The notes: a model not told the origin generated them from the letters alone. Counted from the stretch's first letter, positions 1-13,339 are shown. The stretch is DNA of 64,000 nt from Oscillospiraceae bacterium (GCA_031268405.1 JAIRXF010000009.1:21053-85052); one strand, 5' to 3'. Numbers and translations are program-made.

Positions 1-264
1 GGTTCCCAAGGGCAACAACGCTCAACCATTCTCTCCATTAAAATAGCCGAGTCTTTTATATTGGGAGAGCTAACGGGAGAGAGGCCCGTGGTTTTGTTGG
101 ATGATGTGATGAGTGAGTTGGATCACTCTCGTCAAAAACACATTTTAAACCACATTAAAAATTTTCAGGTTTTTATAACCTGTTGTGATAAAAACAGTAT
201 TGCGGGATCCATAGATGAAAACACAAAACTTTTTGCAATTAAAAACGGAGTGGTTTTTTCCTAA
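1..264 (+). CDS. recF: DNA replication/repair protein RecF, C-terminal fragment (5' end outside window)
   Basis: Frame 1 reads GSQGQQRSTILSIKIAE...LLDDVMSELD from base 1. This is the RecF/SMC signature plus Walker B-like LLDDV. It is followed by gyrB and gyrA as in oriC-proximal regions. Confidence 0.85.
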   Translation, partial: GSQGQQRSTILSIKIAESFILGELTGERPVVLLDDVMSELDHSRQKHILNHIKNFQVFITCCDKNSIAGSIDENTKLFAIKNGVVFS

Positions 265-297
265 AGTATTTTGCAAGGGCTTATTGGAGGAGTTAAA

Positions 298-588
298 ATG
301 AAGTTGGTGCAATGTCCATATTGTAAAAAAAACCTAACTTACGTTGAGGTGTGTTTTATTAACAGCAAAGATAATTATTTGTGCCCGGTATGCAAGGAAA
401 ATTCTTCGGTTGTTGTGAATAAAAACGGCAGAACTTTGTCTGCAATCACACTTATAATTTCCTGTGCGATTGTTTCTATTTGTTTTTTATTTCTCAGACG
501 GGGTATATTTTGGCCAACCATCCTAATTACCTTGATATTCGCGGCCTTTTTTATTCTTGTTCCGTTTTTTATAGAGCTAGAGAAGTAA
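298..588 (+). CDS. small zinc-ribbon membrane protein (CPYC...CPVC, then 2 predicted TM helices)
   Basis: ATG at 298 lies 7 nt after GGAGG (286-290). It has two CxxC pairs and a hydrophobic C-terminal half. It occupies the recF-gyrB slot. Confidence 0.5.
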   Translation: MKLVQCPYCKKNLTYVEVCFINSKDNYLCPVCKENSSVVVNKNGRTLSAITLIISCAIVSICFLFLRRGIFWPTILITLIFAAFFILVPFFIELEK

Positions 589-608
589 AGCAAGAGATGG
601 TGGTTTAA

Positions 609-2570
<1,962 letters not shown>

Positions 2571-2637
2571 ACAATGAATTTTACACAATCGGCGTTGTTA
2601 ATGAAAAAATTTAATTTTTTACAATATTTTTATTTAG

Positions 2638-5112
2638 TTGAAAAGAGTGGTGTTTTTTTTGAGTGAAAAAGACAACGAAATGAGCTCTAGGGTTGTTGAT
2701 GTTAATATCGATAAAGAAATGCAAAAGTCGTTTCTTGATTATTCGATGTCCGTTATTGTATCCAGAGCGTTGCCAGATGTAAGAGATGGCCTAAAACCTG
2801 TTCATCGAAGAATTCTTTATACTATGTTTGAGAACAATTTAGGTCCAGAAAAACCATACAGAAAATGCGCAGACACCGTGGGTGCTGTGTTGGCCAGATA
2901 TCATCCCCATGGAGATGCTGCGGCTTATGATGCGCTTGTTAGGTTGGCGCAGAATTTTTCAATGAGATACACACTTGTTGATGGACATGGAAATTTTGGA
3001 TCCATTGATGGAGATCCCCCCGCGGCTTATCGCTATACGGAATCGAAAATGAGTAAGATATCCACCCAGATGCTTACGGATATAGATAAAGACACTGTAG
3101 ATTTTTTACCCAACTATGATGACCGTTTAAAAGAGCCCAAAGTTCTTCCCTCGAGATTTCCCAATCTCTTGGTAAATGGATCTACAGGTATAGCTGTTGG
3201 AATGGCGGCAAATATCCCCCCGCACAACCTAGGCGAGGTTATAGATGCGACTTGTTTTTTGGTGGAGAATCCAGATGCAGGGTTAGAAGATATAATGAAA
3301 CACATAAAAGGGCCCGATTTTCCAACGGGCGCCATTATCATGGGAAAATCAGCCATCAGAGAATCTTATTCCACCGGAAGGGGGAAAATTATAGTTAGAG
3401 CGCGCGCCCAAATACTTGAAAATGTAGGAGAAAGAGACAAAATTATTGTTACGGAACTCCCATATCAAGTTAATAAAGCCAAGCTTTGCGAGGGAATAGC
3501 TCATCTCATAAGAGACAAAAGAATAGTTGGGATATCTAATATCGAAGATCATTCAGATAGAAAAGGCATGCACATAGAAATAACAATAAAACGTGACGCC
3601 TCTGCTAAAGTTGTTCTCAACCAACTTTTTTCATACACACAGATGCAGAGTACCTTTGGTGTTATCATGTTGGCAATTGTTGAGGGTGAGCCGAAAATTT
3701 TAACACTCAAACAAGTGCTCAACCACTATATAGTATTTCAAATGCAAATTATAACAAGAAGAACCACTTACAGTCTTCAAAAAGTAAAAGAGCGTGCGCA
3801 TATTTTAAGTGGTCTCAAGATTGCCCTTGATTTTATAGATGAGGTTATAGCTACACTCAAATCCTCTAAGACTGTGGCCGAGGGAAAAGAACGTTTAATT
3901 AATCGATTTAATTTAGATGAAGCTCAAACTCAAGCCATAGTTCAGATGCGGCTTGGTCAGTTAACAAATTTAGAGCGTGGGAAAATAGATGACGAACTTG
4001 AAGATTTGAGCAAAAAGATCAAGGAATTTGAAGAAATATTAAACAATCCACAAAAAAAGATTTCGATTTTTAAAGAAGAATTGTTGAATATAAAATCCAA
4101 ATTTTCAGACGAGCGTCGAACAGAGATAGCTTCTGTTTCCGGGGATGTCGATATAGAAGATTTAATCCCCAGAGAAGAGTGTGTGTTAACACTAACTCGT
4201 TTGGGCTACGTGAAAAGACAAAAACCAGATACCTACAAAACCCAAAAAAGAGGTGGACGGGGTGTTGTGGGAATGACAACGCGAGACACAGACGTGGCAT
4301 CAGAAATGTTTATTATTAACACCCACGACTATGTTTTGTTCTTTACAAATTTGGGTCGCGTTTATAAACTTAAGTGCTATGAAATTCCCGAAGGTTCAAG
4401 AACAGCCAAAGGTACAAACATAATAAATCTACTGTGCCTTTCAAACGGAGAAAAAGTTACTTCTGTGATACGTGTGCAAAAGTTTGAGAGCGACAAATTT
4501 TTGGTTATGGTTACAAAAATGGGCTATATAAAAAGAACCATCTTGAATGATTTTGAAAATGTTAGAAAGGTTGGTAAAATAGCTCTTACACTAACCACGG
4601 GTGATGATTTATGTTGGGTTAGAATGACTGATGGAACCAAACAACTTATTGTTGCGACAAAAAAGGGCATGGCCATACGATTTTTAGAAACCGATGTCAG
4701 ACCAAGTGGCAGAACCTCCAGGGGGGTTAGAGCGTTGCGACTCAAAAAGAACGATGATTGTGTGGTTGGTATGTCCGATATTGATGAAGATAAGCTTGTT
4801 TTAACCATATGCGAAACCGGCTTTGGTCGTCTTTCCCAACCAAGTGATTACAGATTACAATCCAGGGGTGGAAGCGGCACTATAAATTATCACACAAAAC
4901 GATTTGGAGATGTTGCTGGGGTTAAGGTGGTTAATAAGGGTGAGGATATAATAATAATATCGGAGGAAGGCACCATTATAAGAATACCCGTGGATTCTGT
5001 TAGCAGATTTTCAAGACCATCCAAGGGTGTAAAAGTAATGAAGGTAAGAGGCAACGATAAAGTTGTGACTTTTGCACAAATTCCACATGAAAAAGAAGAG
5101 GAACAAGGATAA
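2638..5112 (+). CDS. gyrA: DNA gyrase subunit A (true start may be the ATG at 2680)
   Basis: Motifs: [31 protein letters not shown], and the HPHGD QRDR-type motif followed by the active-site AAYRYTE. The C-terminal region has beta-pinwheel repeats. Confidence 0.97.
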   Translation: MKRVVFFLSEKDNEMSSRVVDVNIDKEMQKSFLDYSMSVIVSRALPDVRDGLKPVHRRILYTMFENNLGPEKPYRKCADTVGAVLARYHPHGDAAAYDALVRLAQNFSMRYTLVDGHGNFGSIDGDPPAAYRYTESKMSKISTQMLTDIDKDTVDFLPNYDDRLKEPKVLPSRFPNLLVNGSTGIAVGMAANIPPHNLGEVIDATCFLVENPDAGLEDIMKHIKGPDFPTGAIIMGKSAIRESYSTGRGKIIVRARAQILENVGERDKIIVTELPYQVNKAKLCEGIAHLIRDKRIVGISNIEDHSDRKGMHIEITIKRDASAKVVLNQLFSYTQMQSTFGVIMLAIVEGEPKILTLKQVLNHYIVFQMQIITRRTTYSLQKVKERAHILSGLKIALDFIDEVIATLKSSKTVAEGKERLINRFNLDEAQTQAIVQMRLGQLTNLERGKIDDELEDLSKKIKEFEEILNNPQKKISIFKEELLNIKSKFSDERRTEIASVSGDVDIEDLIPREECVLTLTRLGYVKRQKPDTYKTQKRGGRGVVGMTTRDTDVASEMFIINTHDYVLFFTNLGRVYKLKCYEIPEGSRTAKGTNIINLLCLSNGEKVTSVIRVQKFESDKFLVMVTKMGYIKRTILNDFENVRKVGKIALTLTTGDDLCWVRMTDGTKQLIVATKKGMAIRFLETDVRPSGRTSRGVRALRLKKNDDCVVGMSDIDEDKLVLTICETGFGRLSQPSDYRLQSRGGSGTINYHTKRFGDVAGVKVVNKGEDIIIISEEGTIIRIPVDSVSRFSRPSKGVKVMKVRGNDKVVTFAQIPHEKEEEQG

Positions 5113-5133
5113 TCATCAAATTGTTACCCCGGA

Positions 5134-6510
5134 TTATCTTCTATGAGATTGTTGATCTTTATACTTTTTATATTTTTGAATATTGTTTATTTTGGATTTT
5201 CTTTTTTTGTCCAACAGTGTTTTTAAATTTATGACGCACAGGAACAAAGCAATTGAAGCGATGCAAATTTTAATCCAGATTGATGTAAAAACCTCTTTTG
5301 TAATTGAAGAAAAATGAACGAGTTGGCTTTCTTCAACTGTGGTCATGGCCATTAAACCAACGGTTTTTAGCTCTTGATTTGCATACTCAAACTTTGCAAT
5401 CCCAATTTTTTGGCCGGCGTTTATTGGGGCGTTGACTGATTTTGGGGTCTCTATGGCAATGTTTACACTAGATACGTCTACATTTTGGGGAAGAAGACAA
5501 TACACATCTTCCATTGGTACGAGTTGCAAAGTATCTTGCTTCCAGGCATAATTAACCCCCACTTTTCCCACCACCTTATTTTTGCCCACAATCAATTTTA
5601 AAGACAAGTTTTCGAAGGCCCAATTGCAAAGATTTCTTGCATCTTCGTGATGTTTACCCTTATCAGAATGATCGCCCAGAATTACACAGATGTATTGTTG
5701 ATCTGATTTTTTAGCCCCCAAAACCAAACACCTGCCAGCTTCATCGGTGTACCCTGTTTTTATTCCATTGGCATACGGATAATATTGTTTCCCCCCACGT
5801 GATTCATCTATTGAATAATTTGTGGTTGCCATCGTAACACCATTGACGTTTACCTCTGTTTTTATCACTGTTTCTTTAAATAATGGGAGATTTAAAGCAT
5901 ATTTTGTCATTTTTATTAAATCGCAAGCTGTTGTAAAATGTTCATTATCGTGCAATCCACTTGGATTTTTAAAATGAGTGTTGGCGCAACCCAATTCCTG
6001 AGCTTTTTCGTTCATCCTATCAACAAAATTATTTATATTTTTTTCTTGTATTTTTTCCAAGGCAGATGGCGACTCAGATGCGCTTTGACCAACAAAATTT
6101 GCTAGGACTACAGACGAATCATTGCCCGAAGGAATCATCATGCTTTCCAAAAGATTTTTAACTGTAAATTCCTGGCCATCTTTTAACCCCGCTACGGAAC
6201 TATCTGTCCCTTGTAACATTTTAGTGGTACCAATCGGGACCCTAACTTTTGTATTTTCCAGATCTTTCACGCTTTCAACCACAACAATGTAAGTCATTAT
6301 TTTGGTTGTGGAGGCGGGGTACATTTTTTTTGCACCATTTTTCTGATATACAGTCGTATCTGCATCCAAATTAAAAAGTGCAGCCGCTTCAGAATTTACA
6401 TTTACATTTGGATTAAAATTTATAACCACAGCTTGGGATTTTAACGCCTGAGAAAAAACAATGTGTAAAAAAAATACAAACGAAACAAAACAGAAAGATT
6501 TTTTTATCAT
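5134..6510 (-). CDS. D-alanyl-D-alanine carboxypeptidase (PBP5/DacB/DacF-like) with C-terminal membrane anchor
   Basis: Has a signal peptide plus the SxxK (ASTTKIMT), SGN (IPSGNDS) and KTG (GIKTGYT) motifs in canonical order. Confidence 0.85.
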   Translation of the reverse strand: MIKKSFCFVSFVFFLHIVFSQALKSQAVVINFNPNVNVNSEAAALFNLDADTTVYQKNGAKKMYPASTTKIMTYIVVVESVKDLENTKVRVPIGTTKMLQGTDSSVAGLKDGQEFTVKNLLESMMIPSGNDSSVVLANFVGQSASESPSALEKIQEKNINNFVDRMNEKAQELGCANTHFKNPSGLHDNEHFTTACDLIKMTKYALNLPLFKETVIKTEVNVNGVTMATTNYSIDESRGGKQYYPYANGIKTGYTDEAGRCLVLGAKKSDQQYICVILGDHSDKGKHHEDARNLCNWAFENLSLKLIVGKNKVVGKVGVNYAWKQDTLQLVPMEDVYCLLPQNVDVSSVNIAIETPKSVNAPINAGQKIGIAKFEYANQELKTVGLMAMTTVEESQLVHFSSITKEVFTSIWIKICIASIALFLCVINLKTLLDKKRKSKINNIQKYKKYKDQQSHRR

Positions 6511-6602
6511 TTAATTCCTCCCATTTGAAGAGAAAGTAATTGCCTTTTTTCTCGGATTTTTAGTATTATTGTATAGTAATTCATTTTATATAGCAAACAT
6601 CG

Positions 6603-7370
6603 GTGTCAGCACGATTTTGGCACATATATTCGCCGCAACAAATGCAGGGAGGGGATATTTTGATTTATATAACAGGAGACATGCATGGTGATTACAAATG
6701 TTTTGAGCAACGAGGAATTAAGCGAAAATTAAAACAGGGAGATATCTTAATTGTTTGTGGAGATTTTGGATTCATATGGGATGGCAGTGAAGAAGAAAAT
6801 AAAAGATTAGACAAAATTGGCGATTTTGCTTTTGATATTTTATTTATAGATGGAAAGCACGAAAATTTTGATTTGCTTAAAAACTTCGAAGAGGTTTTTT
6901 TACACTTTGGCAGAGCAAGATACATTCGAAAAAATCTTTTTCATTTGATACGGGGGGAAGTCTATAAAATAGAGAACGAGAATTTTTTTGTTTTTGGAGG
7001 AGGGGAAAGTAGAGATAGAGATGTTCGCTTGGAACTTGGAAGATGGTGGAAAGAAGAGATGCCAACCTTTGAAGAGATTTCAAATGCAGCCCAAAGATTA
7101 AACGAGATTCACAGAAAGGTTGATTACGTCATAACACACGAGCCTCCCAGTTACATTAAAAATGCTGCCAACAAAAATATCATAGAAACAAATTTTTTAA
7201 ATACATTTTTTGACAGTATTTCCAAAGAAGTAGAATTTAAAAAATGGTTTTTTGGAAGTTTGCATTTAGATAAAAAGATAACCAACAGACATATTGGAGT
7301 TTTTGATAGTGTTATACCAATTCCCCAAACTCTCCCGCAAAGAGGATTTTTCAAAAGAAGACAGCGCTAA
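6603..7370 (+). CDS. calcineurin-like metallophosphoesterase
   Basis: GDMHGD, GDFGF, GKHEN and ITHEPP motifs occur in the usual order. Confidence 0.7.
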   Translation: MSARFWHIYSPQQMQGGDILIYITGDMHGDYKCFEQRGIKRKLKQGDILIVCGDFGFIWDGSEEENKRLDKIGDFAFDILFIDGKHENFDLLKNFEEVFLHFGRARYIRKNLFHLIRGEVYKIENENFFVFGGGESRDRDVRLELGRWWKEEMPTFEEISNAAQRLNEIHRKVDYVITHEPPSYIKNAANKNIIETNFLNTFFDSISKEVEFKKWFFGSLHLDKKITNRHIGVFDSVIPIPQTLPQRGFFKRRQR

Positions 7371-7377
7371 AAGGCGG

Positions 7378-7397
7378 GGTGCGGCCACCGATTTTTT
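7378..7397 (+). terminator. weak candidate terminator (GGTG-cggc-CACC then gattttttc)
   Basis: A 4-bp GC stem and tetraloop followed by a T6 run, 8 nt after the stop at 7370. Confidence 0.3.
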
Positions 7398-7835
7398 CTT
7401 TTAACCACCAGTAATCCCAAATTTTCAGGATACCCCGCAACAGTCCCAAATTAATTATTTTGTGGTCGATTTGAACGCACAACCCCCACTTTAAAAATGC
7501 GGAATATCAAAACACATTCGGCAAAGGAAATTTGAACCACAATAAATAATAAAATCAGCCACTAAAAGAGTATGAAATTTTAACAAAAAATATGAAGTAC
7601 AATACAATGAAACCAAGAAATGGTTTTAATTTATTTTGATCATATTCGAAATATAACATGTTTTGTATAATTACTAGAATTTTTGGCAACATTAGATTGG
7701 CGGGAACTTTACCCCCTAAAACGGGAGATGTGCTACAATGACCGATAAAGTGTTATGAGGAGATATGATAATTTAGTGTTTTTGGTTTTATTTTTTGTAA
7801 ATTCAAATACATCAATATAAGAGTAGGAGTAATTT

Positions 7836-8606
7836 ATGAACTTGGATGTTGTGTGGTCAAAGGAGAATTACTGCGAGTTTATTGAATTTTTAAGGGGATT
7901 CGAAGATATAGATTACAAAAAATTTATTTCAAAAATAAACAAAGATTGCGTGTCGGAATATATTGGGGTGAGAACACCCGTTTTAAGAAAAATTGCCAAA
8001 GCGATAGCTAAGTCCGATTATCTTGGCTTTATAAAGCACAATACCCATAAATTTTATGAAGAAAAAATTATTCATGGATTTATAATAAACTATGCAGACG
8101 TAACTTACGAAGATTTAATTAAAATGCTCAAAGAATTTATTCCCTTTATTTCCAGTTGGTCATTGGTTGATGTGGTTGCGACGAAATTTAAGCAAATCAA
8201 CAACAACAAAGAAGAAGCCCTAAAAGACATATCAAAGTTTTCAGAATCTCAAAACCCCTGGGAAGTGCGATTGGGTTTGGTTTTAATTTTAAATTCTTAT
8301 GTTGAAGAAAAATATATTGATAGAGTTTTATCTATTTGCAAATCTGTTAACACAAAACATGTATGTTATGAAAAAGAAAATGATGAACTTAAAGTGCCGT
8401 ATTATGTAAGTATGGCAAATGCCTGGTTATTGTCTGAGTGCTATATAAAATTCCCCAAAATTGTTACAGTTTTGTTTAACAATAGAACCATCGATCCCTG
8501 GACACACAACAGAGCATTACAAAAGATAAGAGATTCTTGCAGGGTGGATATATCTCGCAAAAATTCCTTGAAAAATTTGAAAATAAAATTTGGAAAGACA
8601 CCCTAA
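7836..8606 (+). CDS. DNA alkylation repair protein (AlkD/HEAT-like repeat family), putative
   Basis: The length and helical-repeat pattern, including the WEVRLGLVLIL motif, resemble my recollection of the DNA_alkylation family. Not verified. Confidence 0.5.
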   Translation: MNLDVVWSKENYCEFIEFLRGFEDIDYKKFISKINKDCVSEYIGVRTPVLRKIAKAIAKSDYLGFIKHNTHKFYEEKIIHGFIINYADVTYEDLIKMLKEFIPFISSWSLVDVVATKFKQINNNKEEALKDISKFSESQNPWEVRLGLVLILNSYVEEKYIDRVLSICKSVNTKHVCYEKENDELKVPYYVSMANAWLLSECYIKFPKIVTVLFNNRTIDPWTHNRALQKIRDSCRVDISRKNSLKNLKIKFGKTP

Positions 8607-8748
8607 ACAAACAAAAAATTAAAAATTTAAGACAAGATTCCCCGAAAGATTTATCGATTAAAAATCACAAATGATTCGTATTTATTTAAATTTTGAAATC
8701 AAACCTCTTTATAGACCAGATAATTGGTTTTAGAAGAGGTTTACTTAA

Positions 8749-9846
8749 TTGTTATATTTTCCGCGCCCTTCCCATATCTATTTAATTAAAAAGGGGGAAG
8801 TGGTTTTGAAAATTAGTGGACGTCCTTCAAAACAGACCAAAGCGTTTTGCGAAGTTGCCTTGGTTTTAAACAACGATTTATCCGATTTATTCTTTCGTGT
8901 TCCCGATGAGATTAAAGAAAAAGTTCAGGAAATTAGGCTAAGAATAGGTTGCCCTCCGATGATATGTTGCGCCAAGGAGTCTTTTTTTTTAGATTCCAAA
9001 GGCAATATAACAGACCAAGTAATGTCAAATTGCAAATGTCTGGATAAAGAAAATATAGAAGAAAACTTCAAGAGAATTTGCAATTATTCGCTTTACAGTC
9101 ACCAAGAAGAAATAGCATCTGGTTACATAACGATAAAAGGGGGTTGCAGAGTAGGCGTTTGTGGTACCGCTGTAGTGGAAAACGGAAAAATTTCTGCGAT
9201 GCATAATATTTCATCACTTAACATTAGAATTGCTAAGCAGTCATTTAAATGCGCGGATAAAGTTTTGGAAGAATTATTAAATAACGATCAAGAAGAGATT
9301 CTTGGCACTTTAATAGTGGGCGAACCGGCTTGCGGAAAAACAACGCTTTTAAGAGATCTTGCAAGGCAAATTTCCACAGGAACAAAATCTCGAAGAAAAA
9401 ACGTAACCATAATAGATGAACGCTTTGAAATAGCTGGAATTTTAGAGGAAAATTGGCAAAACAATGTGGGCTTATGTGATATCCTTTCAAATATATCAAA
9501 AGGAGCTGGGATGCTTCGTGCAATTAGATCGCTATCTCCAGAAATTTTAATTTGCGATGAAATAGGCGGAAGTGAAGATGTATGTCATGTAAAACAAATT
9601 TTAAATTCGGGAGTCAAATTGATATCGAGTATTCATTCCGGCAGTTTAGAAGAACTTTTAAATAAAGAATCAGCAAGAGAACTTCTAAAAACTGGAGCCT
9701 TTGAAAATATAGTCATTATGAGAGGACGAGAGACACCTGGAGAGGTAGAAAAAATTTACAGGGTAAGTGATAAAAATGTTGAAATTTTTAGGAACGATGA
9801 TGCTAATATTTTGCACGTCTTGGATGGGATATCTGGCGTCTCATAG
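8749..9846 (+). CDS. spoIIIAA: stage III sporulation protein AA (ATPase); likely true start GTG 8800 or TTG 8806
   Basis: Has Walker A GEPACGKTTLLRD and Walker B-like ILICDEIG, and is the first gene of an eight-gene spoIIIA-like array. Confidence 0.85.
   Translation: MLYFPRPSHIYLIKKGEVVLKISGRPSKQTKAFCEVALVLNNDLSDLFFRVPDEIKEKVQEIRLRIGCPPMICCAKESFFLDSKGNITDQVMSNCKCLDKENIEENFKRICNYSLYSHQEEIASGYITIKGGCRVGVCGTAVVENGKISAMHNISSLNIRIAKQSFKCADKVLEELLNNDQEEILGTLIVGEPACGKTTLLRDLARQISTGTKSRRKNVTIIDERFEIAGILEENWQNNVGLCDILSNISKGAGMLRAIRSLSPEILICDEIGGSEDVCHVKQILNSGVKLISSIHSGSLEELLNKESARELLKTGAFENIVIMRGRETPGEVEKIYRVSDKNVEIFRNDDANILHVLDGISGVS
8754..8780 (+). promoter_or_regulatory. candidate sigma-E-type promoter for the spoIIIA operon
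   Basis: ATATT (8754-8758), a 14-nt spacer, then CATATCTA (8773-8780) resembles the remembered sigma-E consensus ATATT...CATACA-T. It would fit a spoIIIAA start at TTG 8806, which follows AAGGGGGA. Confidence 0.25.
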
Positions 9847-10282
9847 ATTAGTTGTGAGAAGAATGTTTTGGGAGCAATACTTACAATTTATAAATTTTGT
9901 TCAAACCCAAATAGGTTATGTGGCAATATCACCCTGTCAGATTGTCAAAAATTATCACGCAAAGAACGAAATTAATATTTTTTTGAATTGTTTAAAAAAT
10001 GAATTGGATTTTGAAGGAAATTTTCCAAGAGCTTGGGTGAATTCTGTAAAAAAAACAAAGAAAGAGCTTGGTTTAACGGAGGATGATGAGAACGTTGTAT
10101 TGGACTTTGGAGAAAAATTGGGATCAAGCGATATAAGAAATCAACTAAAACATTGCAACATGCATATAAAATTTGCAAACGACCACCTAAAAGAAGCAGA
10201 TTGCGCAAAAAAAGAGATGTCCAGATTATATCTTACTCTTGGAGCTGCTACGGGAATGGGATTATCATTGCTGTTTATGTAA
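9767..10282 (+). CDS. spoIIIAB: stage III sporulation protein AB
   Basis: N-terminal TM segment MLKFLGTMMLIFCTSWMGY. Size and operon position match SpoIIIAB. Confidence 0.75.
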   Translation: MIKMLKFLGTMMLIFCTSWMGYLASHRLVVRRMFWEQYLQFINFVQTQIGYVAISPCQIVKNYHAKNEINIFLNCLKNELDFEGNFPRAWVNSVKKTKKELGLTEDDENVVLDFGEKLGSSDIRNQLKHCNMHIKFANDHLKEADCAKKEMSRLYLTLGAATGMGLSLLFM

Positions 10283-10307
10283 ACAAGGTTTGAAAGGAAA
10301 ACCAAAA

Positions 10308-10502
10308 ATGAATGTAGATCTAATATTTAAAATTGCAGCTATAGGCATTATCGTGGCTGTGTTAAATCAAGTGCTTATTCGTGCTGGTCGAGAGGATCAA
10401 GCCATGATGACAACTCTTGCGGGATTAATAGTTGTATTGATGATGATTGTCAAAGAGGTTGACAACTTATTTCGAACCATAAAGACGGTGTTTGAGTTGT
10501 GA
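10308..10502 (+). CDS. spoIIIAC: stage III sporulation protein AC
   Basis: A 64-aa two-TM protein, MNVDLIFKIAAIGIIVAVLNQVL...LFRTIKTVFEL, that closely parallels B. subtilis SpoIIIAC. Confidence 0.85.
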   Translation: MNVDLIFKIAAIGIIVAVLNQVLIRAGREDQAMMTTLAGLIVVLMMIVKEVDNLFRTIKTVFEL

Positions 10503-10568
10503 TAACCTCCTGCGCGAATTTATTTTGTGTTATAAAAAATTTTAGGCCAAGCCCCTAGTAGTATATAT

Positions 10569-11009
10569 TTGATGAAAATTTTATATCAACAATCTAAAAA
10601 ACAGTGGGTTGTGATAATTGTGGAAAATTTAACGTTATTCTTATTGGCAATAGTTTGTTCCATGATATGCATTATGCTAAAAAAATACTGCCCCGAATAT
10701 TCCTTTTGTGTAAATTTAATAGCTGGAATTTTGTTAATAGCGGCAGTTTTTTCCAAGATCTCCACCGTGATTATTCATTTAAAGAATATGATGGAAGTGG
10801 CCAATCTTTCCTCTGGTTATAGCTCGATTTTATTTAAATGTTTGGGAATATGTTTGTTGGCCCAATTTTCTTCCGATGCTTGTCGCGACGCGGAACAAAC
10901 ATCGCTGGCATCCAAAGTGGAACTTGCGGGAAAAGTTATGATTATTGTAATCTCATTACCCTTGTTTGAAAGAGTGGTTGAAATAGCGGGGAAACTTTTA
11001 AATGTTTAG
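10569..11009 (+). CDS. spoIIIAD: stage III sporulation protein AD (start uncertain)
   Basis: A polytopic small membrane protein containing KKYCPEYS, similar to the k-PE motif of SpoIIIAD. It is in the expected operon position. Confidence 0.75.
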   Translation: MMKILYQQSKKQWVVIIVENLTLFLLAIVCSMICIMLKKYCPEYSFCVNLIAGILLIAAVFSKISTVIIHLKNMMEVANLSSGYSSILFKCLGICLLAQFSSDACRDAEQTSLASKVELAGKVMIIVISLPLFERVVEIAGKLLNV

Positions 11010-11025
11010 TATTGGTGGGGGGAAA

Positions 11026-12192
11026 ATGGCACGTATTTTTAAGAGCGCATTCGCCTTACTTGCCCCTACTTTTTGTTTTTTATTCTTTGGGTTAAATTTT
11101 AATGTTTTCGCCGATCAAAAAGAAGACGCAATCTCAGAGATTTATGATGAACAATTTAAAACAAGTGGGGCTGATAAACTTCGAGAGGAGCTTCCTCCAG
11201 AGACTGTTGAATCGCTCAAAGAAATAGGGCTCGAAAAGATTGATTGGCAAGAGCTAATAAACATAAATCCCGGTAAAATTTTTAAACATATAATAAAAAC
11301 GGCAAAAAAACTCTCACCAGTGCCCTTTAAATCTGTGTTTTGCGTACTTGCCATCATTTTGGTTTGTGCCCTTATGGACAGCCTTAAAACTCCCGTGGGA
11401 CAGCCTTCGTTTAGAAACGTACTTTCCGTTATAAGCTCTTTGTGTATATCTGTAGCGATTGTTATGCCAATGGTTGAATTTATAGGTAGAGTCGCAAGGG
11501 TGATTAAAAGTTGCTCTGCGTTTATGTTGTCGTACGTTCCAATATTAGCAGCAATAATGATAAGCGCCGGTCAGGTTGTTTCGGCGGGTTCTTATCAGGT
11601 TTTAATGGTGGCGGCAAGTCAGGTTATCGCCCAAATTGCATCAAACGCAATAGTGCCAATGCTTAGTTCATTTTTGGCGATTTCGCTCGTATCCTCGATT
11701 TCTGAAAGATTGAATATTTTGGGAATTTGTAAATTTTTCTACAAAATTATCAGGTGGACTTTATCTTTATCGATGACTACATTTGTTAGTTTATTGACAC
11801 TTCAAAGCATAATTGGTGCTTCTACAGATAACGTGGGATCTAAAGCCGCGAGATTTATGATAAGTAGTTTTGTTCCCGTGGTTGGAGGCGCAATAAGCGA
11901 CGCCTTTACAACGGTTCAGAGTTGCGTGAAACTTTTAAAATCTTCTGTTGGAGCTTTTGGAATTGTTGCAGCAGAGTTTATATTTTTGCCGATAATATTA
12001 GAATCCTTACTTTGGCTTGTTGCCATATATCTCTGTAGCGCAATAAGCGACATCTTTAGGCTTACTAAAATTTCTGATTTATTAACAAATTCAGCAAGAG
12101 TTATTTCAACCGCTCTTTCGGTGGTTTTATCTTGTATGATGCTTTTAATAATTTCAAGTGTGATCGTTTTGATGGTTAGCAGTAATACCTAA
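11026..12192 (+). CDS. spoIIIAE: stage III sporulation protein AE
   Basis: Signal peptide followed by a multi-TM permease-like body. Size and position match SpoIIIAE. Confidence 0.85.
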   Translation: MARIFKSAFALLAPTFCFLFFGLNFNVFADQKEDAISEIYDEQFKTSGADKLREELPPETVESLKEIGLEKIDWQELININPGKIFKHIIKTAKKLSPVPFKSVFCVLAIILVCALMDSLKTPVGQPSFRNVLSVISSLCISVAIVMPMVEFIGRVARVIKSCSAFMLSYVPILAAIMISAGQVVSAGSYQVLMVAASQVIAQIASNAIVPMLSSFLAISLVSSISERLNILGICKFFYKIIRWTLSLSMTTFVSLLTLQSIIGASTDNVGSKAARFMISSFVPVVGGAISDAFTTVQSCVKLLKSSVGAFGIVAAEFIFLPIILESLLWLVAIYLCSAISDIFRLTKISDLLTNSARVISTALSVVLSCMMLLIISSVIVLMVSSNT

Positions 12193-12210
12193 AAGTAAGG
12201 AGAATTACCC

Positions 12211-12681
12211 GTGAATCAAATTAATCAGTGGGCGTTTATTTTATGTTTGGCGGTTGTTGTGTGTTCTATTTTAGAGATGATGTCCCCCGGTGGCAAAATG
12301 CAAAGAATAATCCATCTTGTTCTAGGGGCCTTTTTATTGTGCACAATAATCGTGCCAATAAGTGCAAGCGATTTAAAATTGGATGTTGATGATAAAAAAT
12401 ATTTTCAAAAAGATGGCAATAAACTAGAACTTAAAGAAGAAGTTGAAAACCAGACCCAAAAACTTGCTTGCGAGAATCTAAAAGTATCTATAAACAAAAT
12501 GATGGAAAAAGAAAACCTAGAAACAGATGAAATTGAAATTTTTATGGATACTGAAGAGACAGGCCGCATATCAATTAATAAGGTTTGTGTGGTTTTAAAA
12601 GATAAATCAAGTGAAAAAATTAAGAGAGCAGAAAAAATTTTAAAAGAAGAGATAAAATCCAAAGAAATTACAGTTTCATAA
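12211..12681 (+). CDS. spoIIIAF: stage III sporulation protein AF
   Basis: GTG start after AAGGAGA. Two N-terminal TM helices, then a charged soluble domain. In the expected operon position. Confidence 0.65.
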   Translation: MNQINQWAFILCLAVVVCSILEMMSPGGKMQRIIHLVLGAFLLCTIIVPISASDLKLDVDDKKYFQKDGNKLELKEEVENQTQKLACENLKVSINKMMEKENLETDEIEIFMDTEETGRISINKVCVVLKDKSSEKIKRAEKILKEEIKSKEITVS

Positions 12682-12726
12682 AAGTCAATATTTTTAAAAT
12701 TTTAAGATGTTTTAGAGGGTGTTAAA

Positions 12727-13302
12727 GTGACTTCAAAGAGATATGAAAGCCAGGAATCCATTGCAAAATTTACAGATAAGCTCGTTAAAAACAAGGGTTT
12801 TAAAAGATTTGCCATGGGGGTGGGAATTTCGGGGATTTTGTTGATTTTTCTTCCCGGTTTTTTAAAAACAAATTCCCTTTCTAAATCCCCCCAATCCCAC
12901 CATACAACAGAACAATACGTTCAACACATGCAGAATAATCTTGGTTTTTTAGTTTCTAAAATAGAAGGAGCTGGTGAAGCCCAGGTTTTAGTGACATTGG
13001 AAAACGGTTCTGAAATCATTTATGCAAAAGAAGAAAAAAAAAATAAAGAGTCGTTGGAAGATAAAGCAAAGGGTGAGTCCAGCAAAACCAAGCGAAGCGA
13101 CGACCTGGAGGTTAAATATATAACGGTAAAGGACTCTGATGGAACGGAAAAAGCTTTGGCGACTAAAGAACTTGAACCGAAAGTTAAGGGGGTGGTTGTT
13201 GTATGTTCTGGGGGAAACAGAAAAGAAATACGCAACAAAGTTATCGAAGTGATTAAGACGGCACTAGATATTTCAGAAAATCATATTTGCGTTACAAATT
13301 AG
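12727..13302 (+). CDS. spoIIIAG: stage III sporulation protein AG
   Basis: A single TM helix, then a YscJ/FliF-like region ending ...KVKGVVVVCSGG..., as in SpoIIIAG. Confidence 0.75.
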   Translation: MTSKRYESQESIAKFTDKLVKNKGFKRFAMGVGISGILLIFLPGFLKTNSLSKSPQSHHTTEQYVQHMQNNLGFLVSKIEGAGEAQVLVTLENGSEIIYAKEEKKNKESLEDKAKGESSKTKRSDDLEVKYITVKDSDGTEKALATKELEPKVKGVVVVCSGGNRKEIRNKVIEVIKTALDISENHICVTN

Positions 13303-13339
13303 AACTATTATTTGTTTCAGTCAAAAAGGAGGAAACACA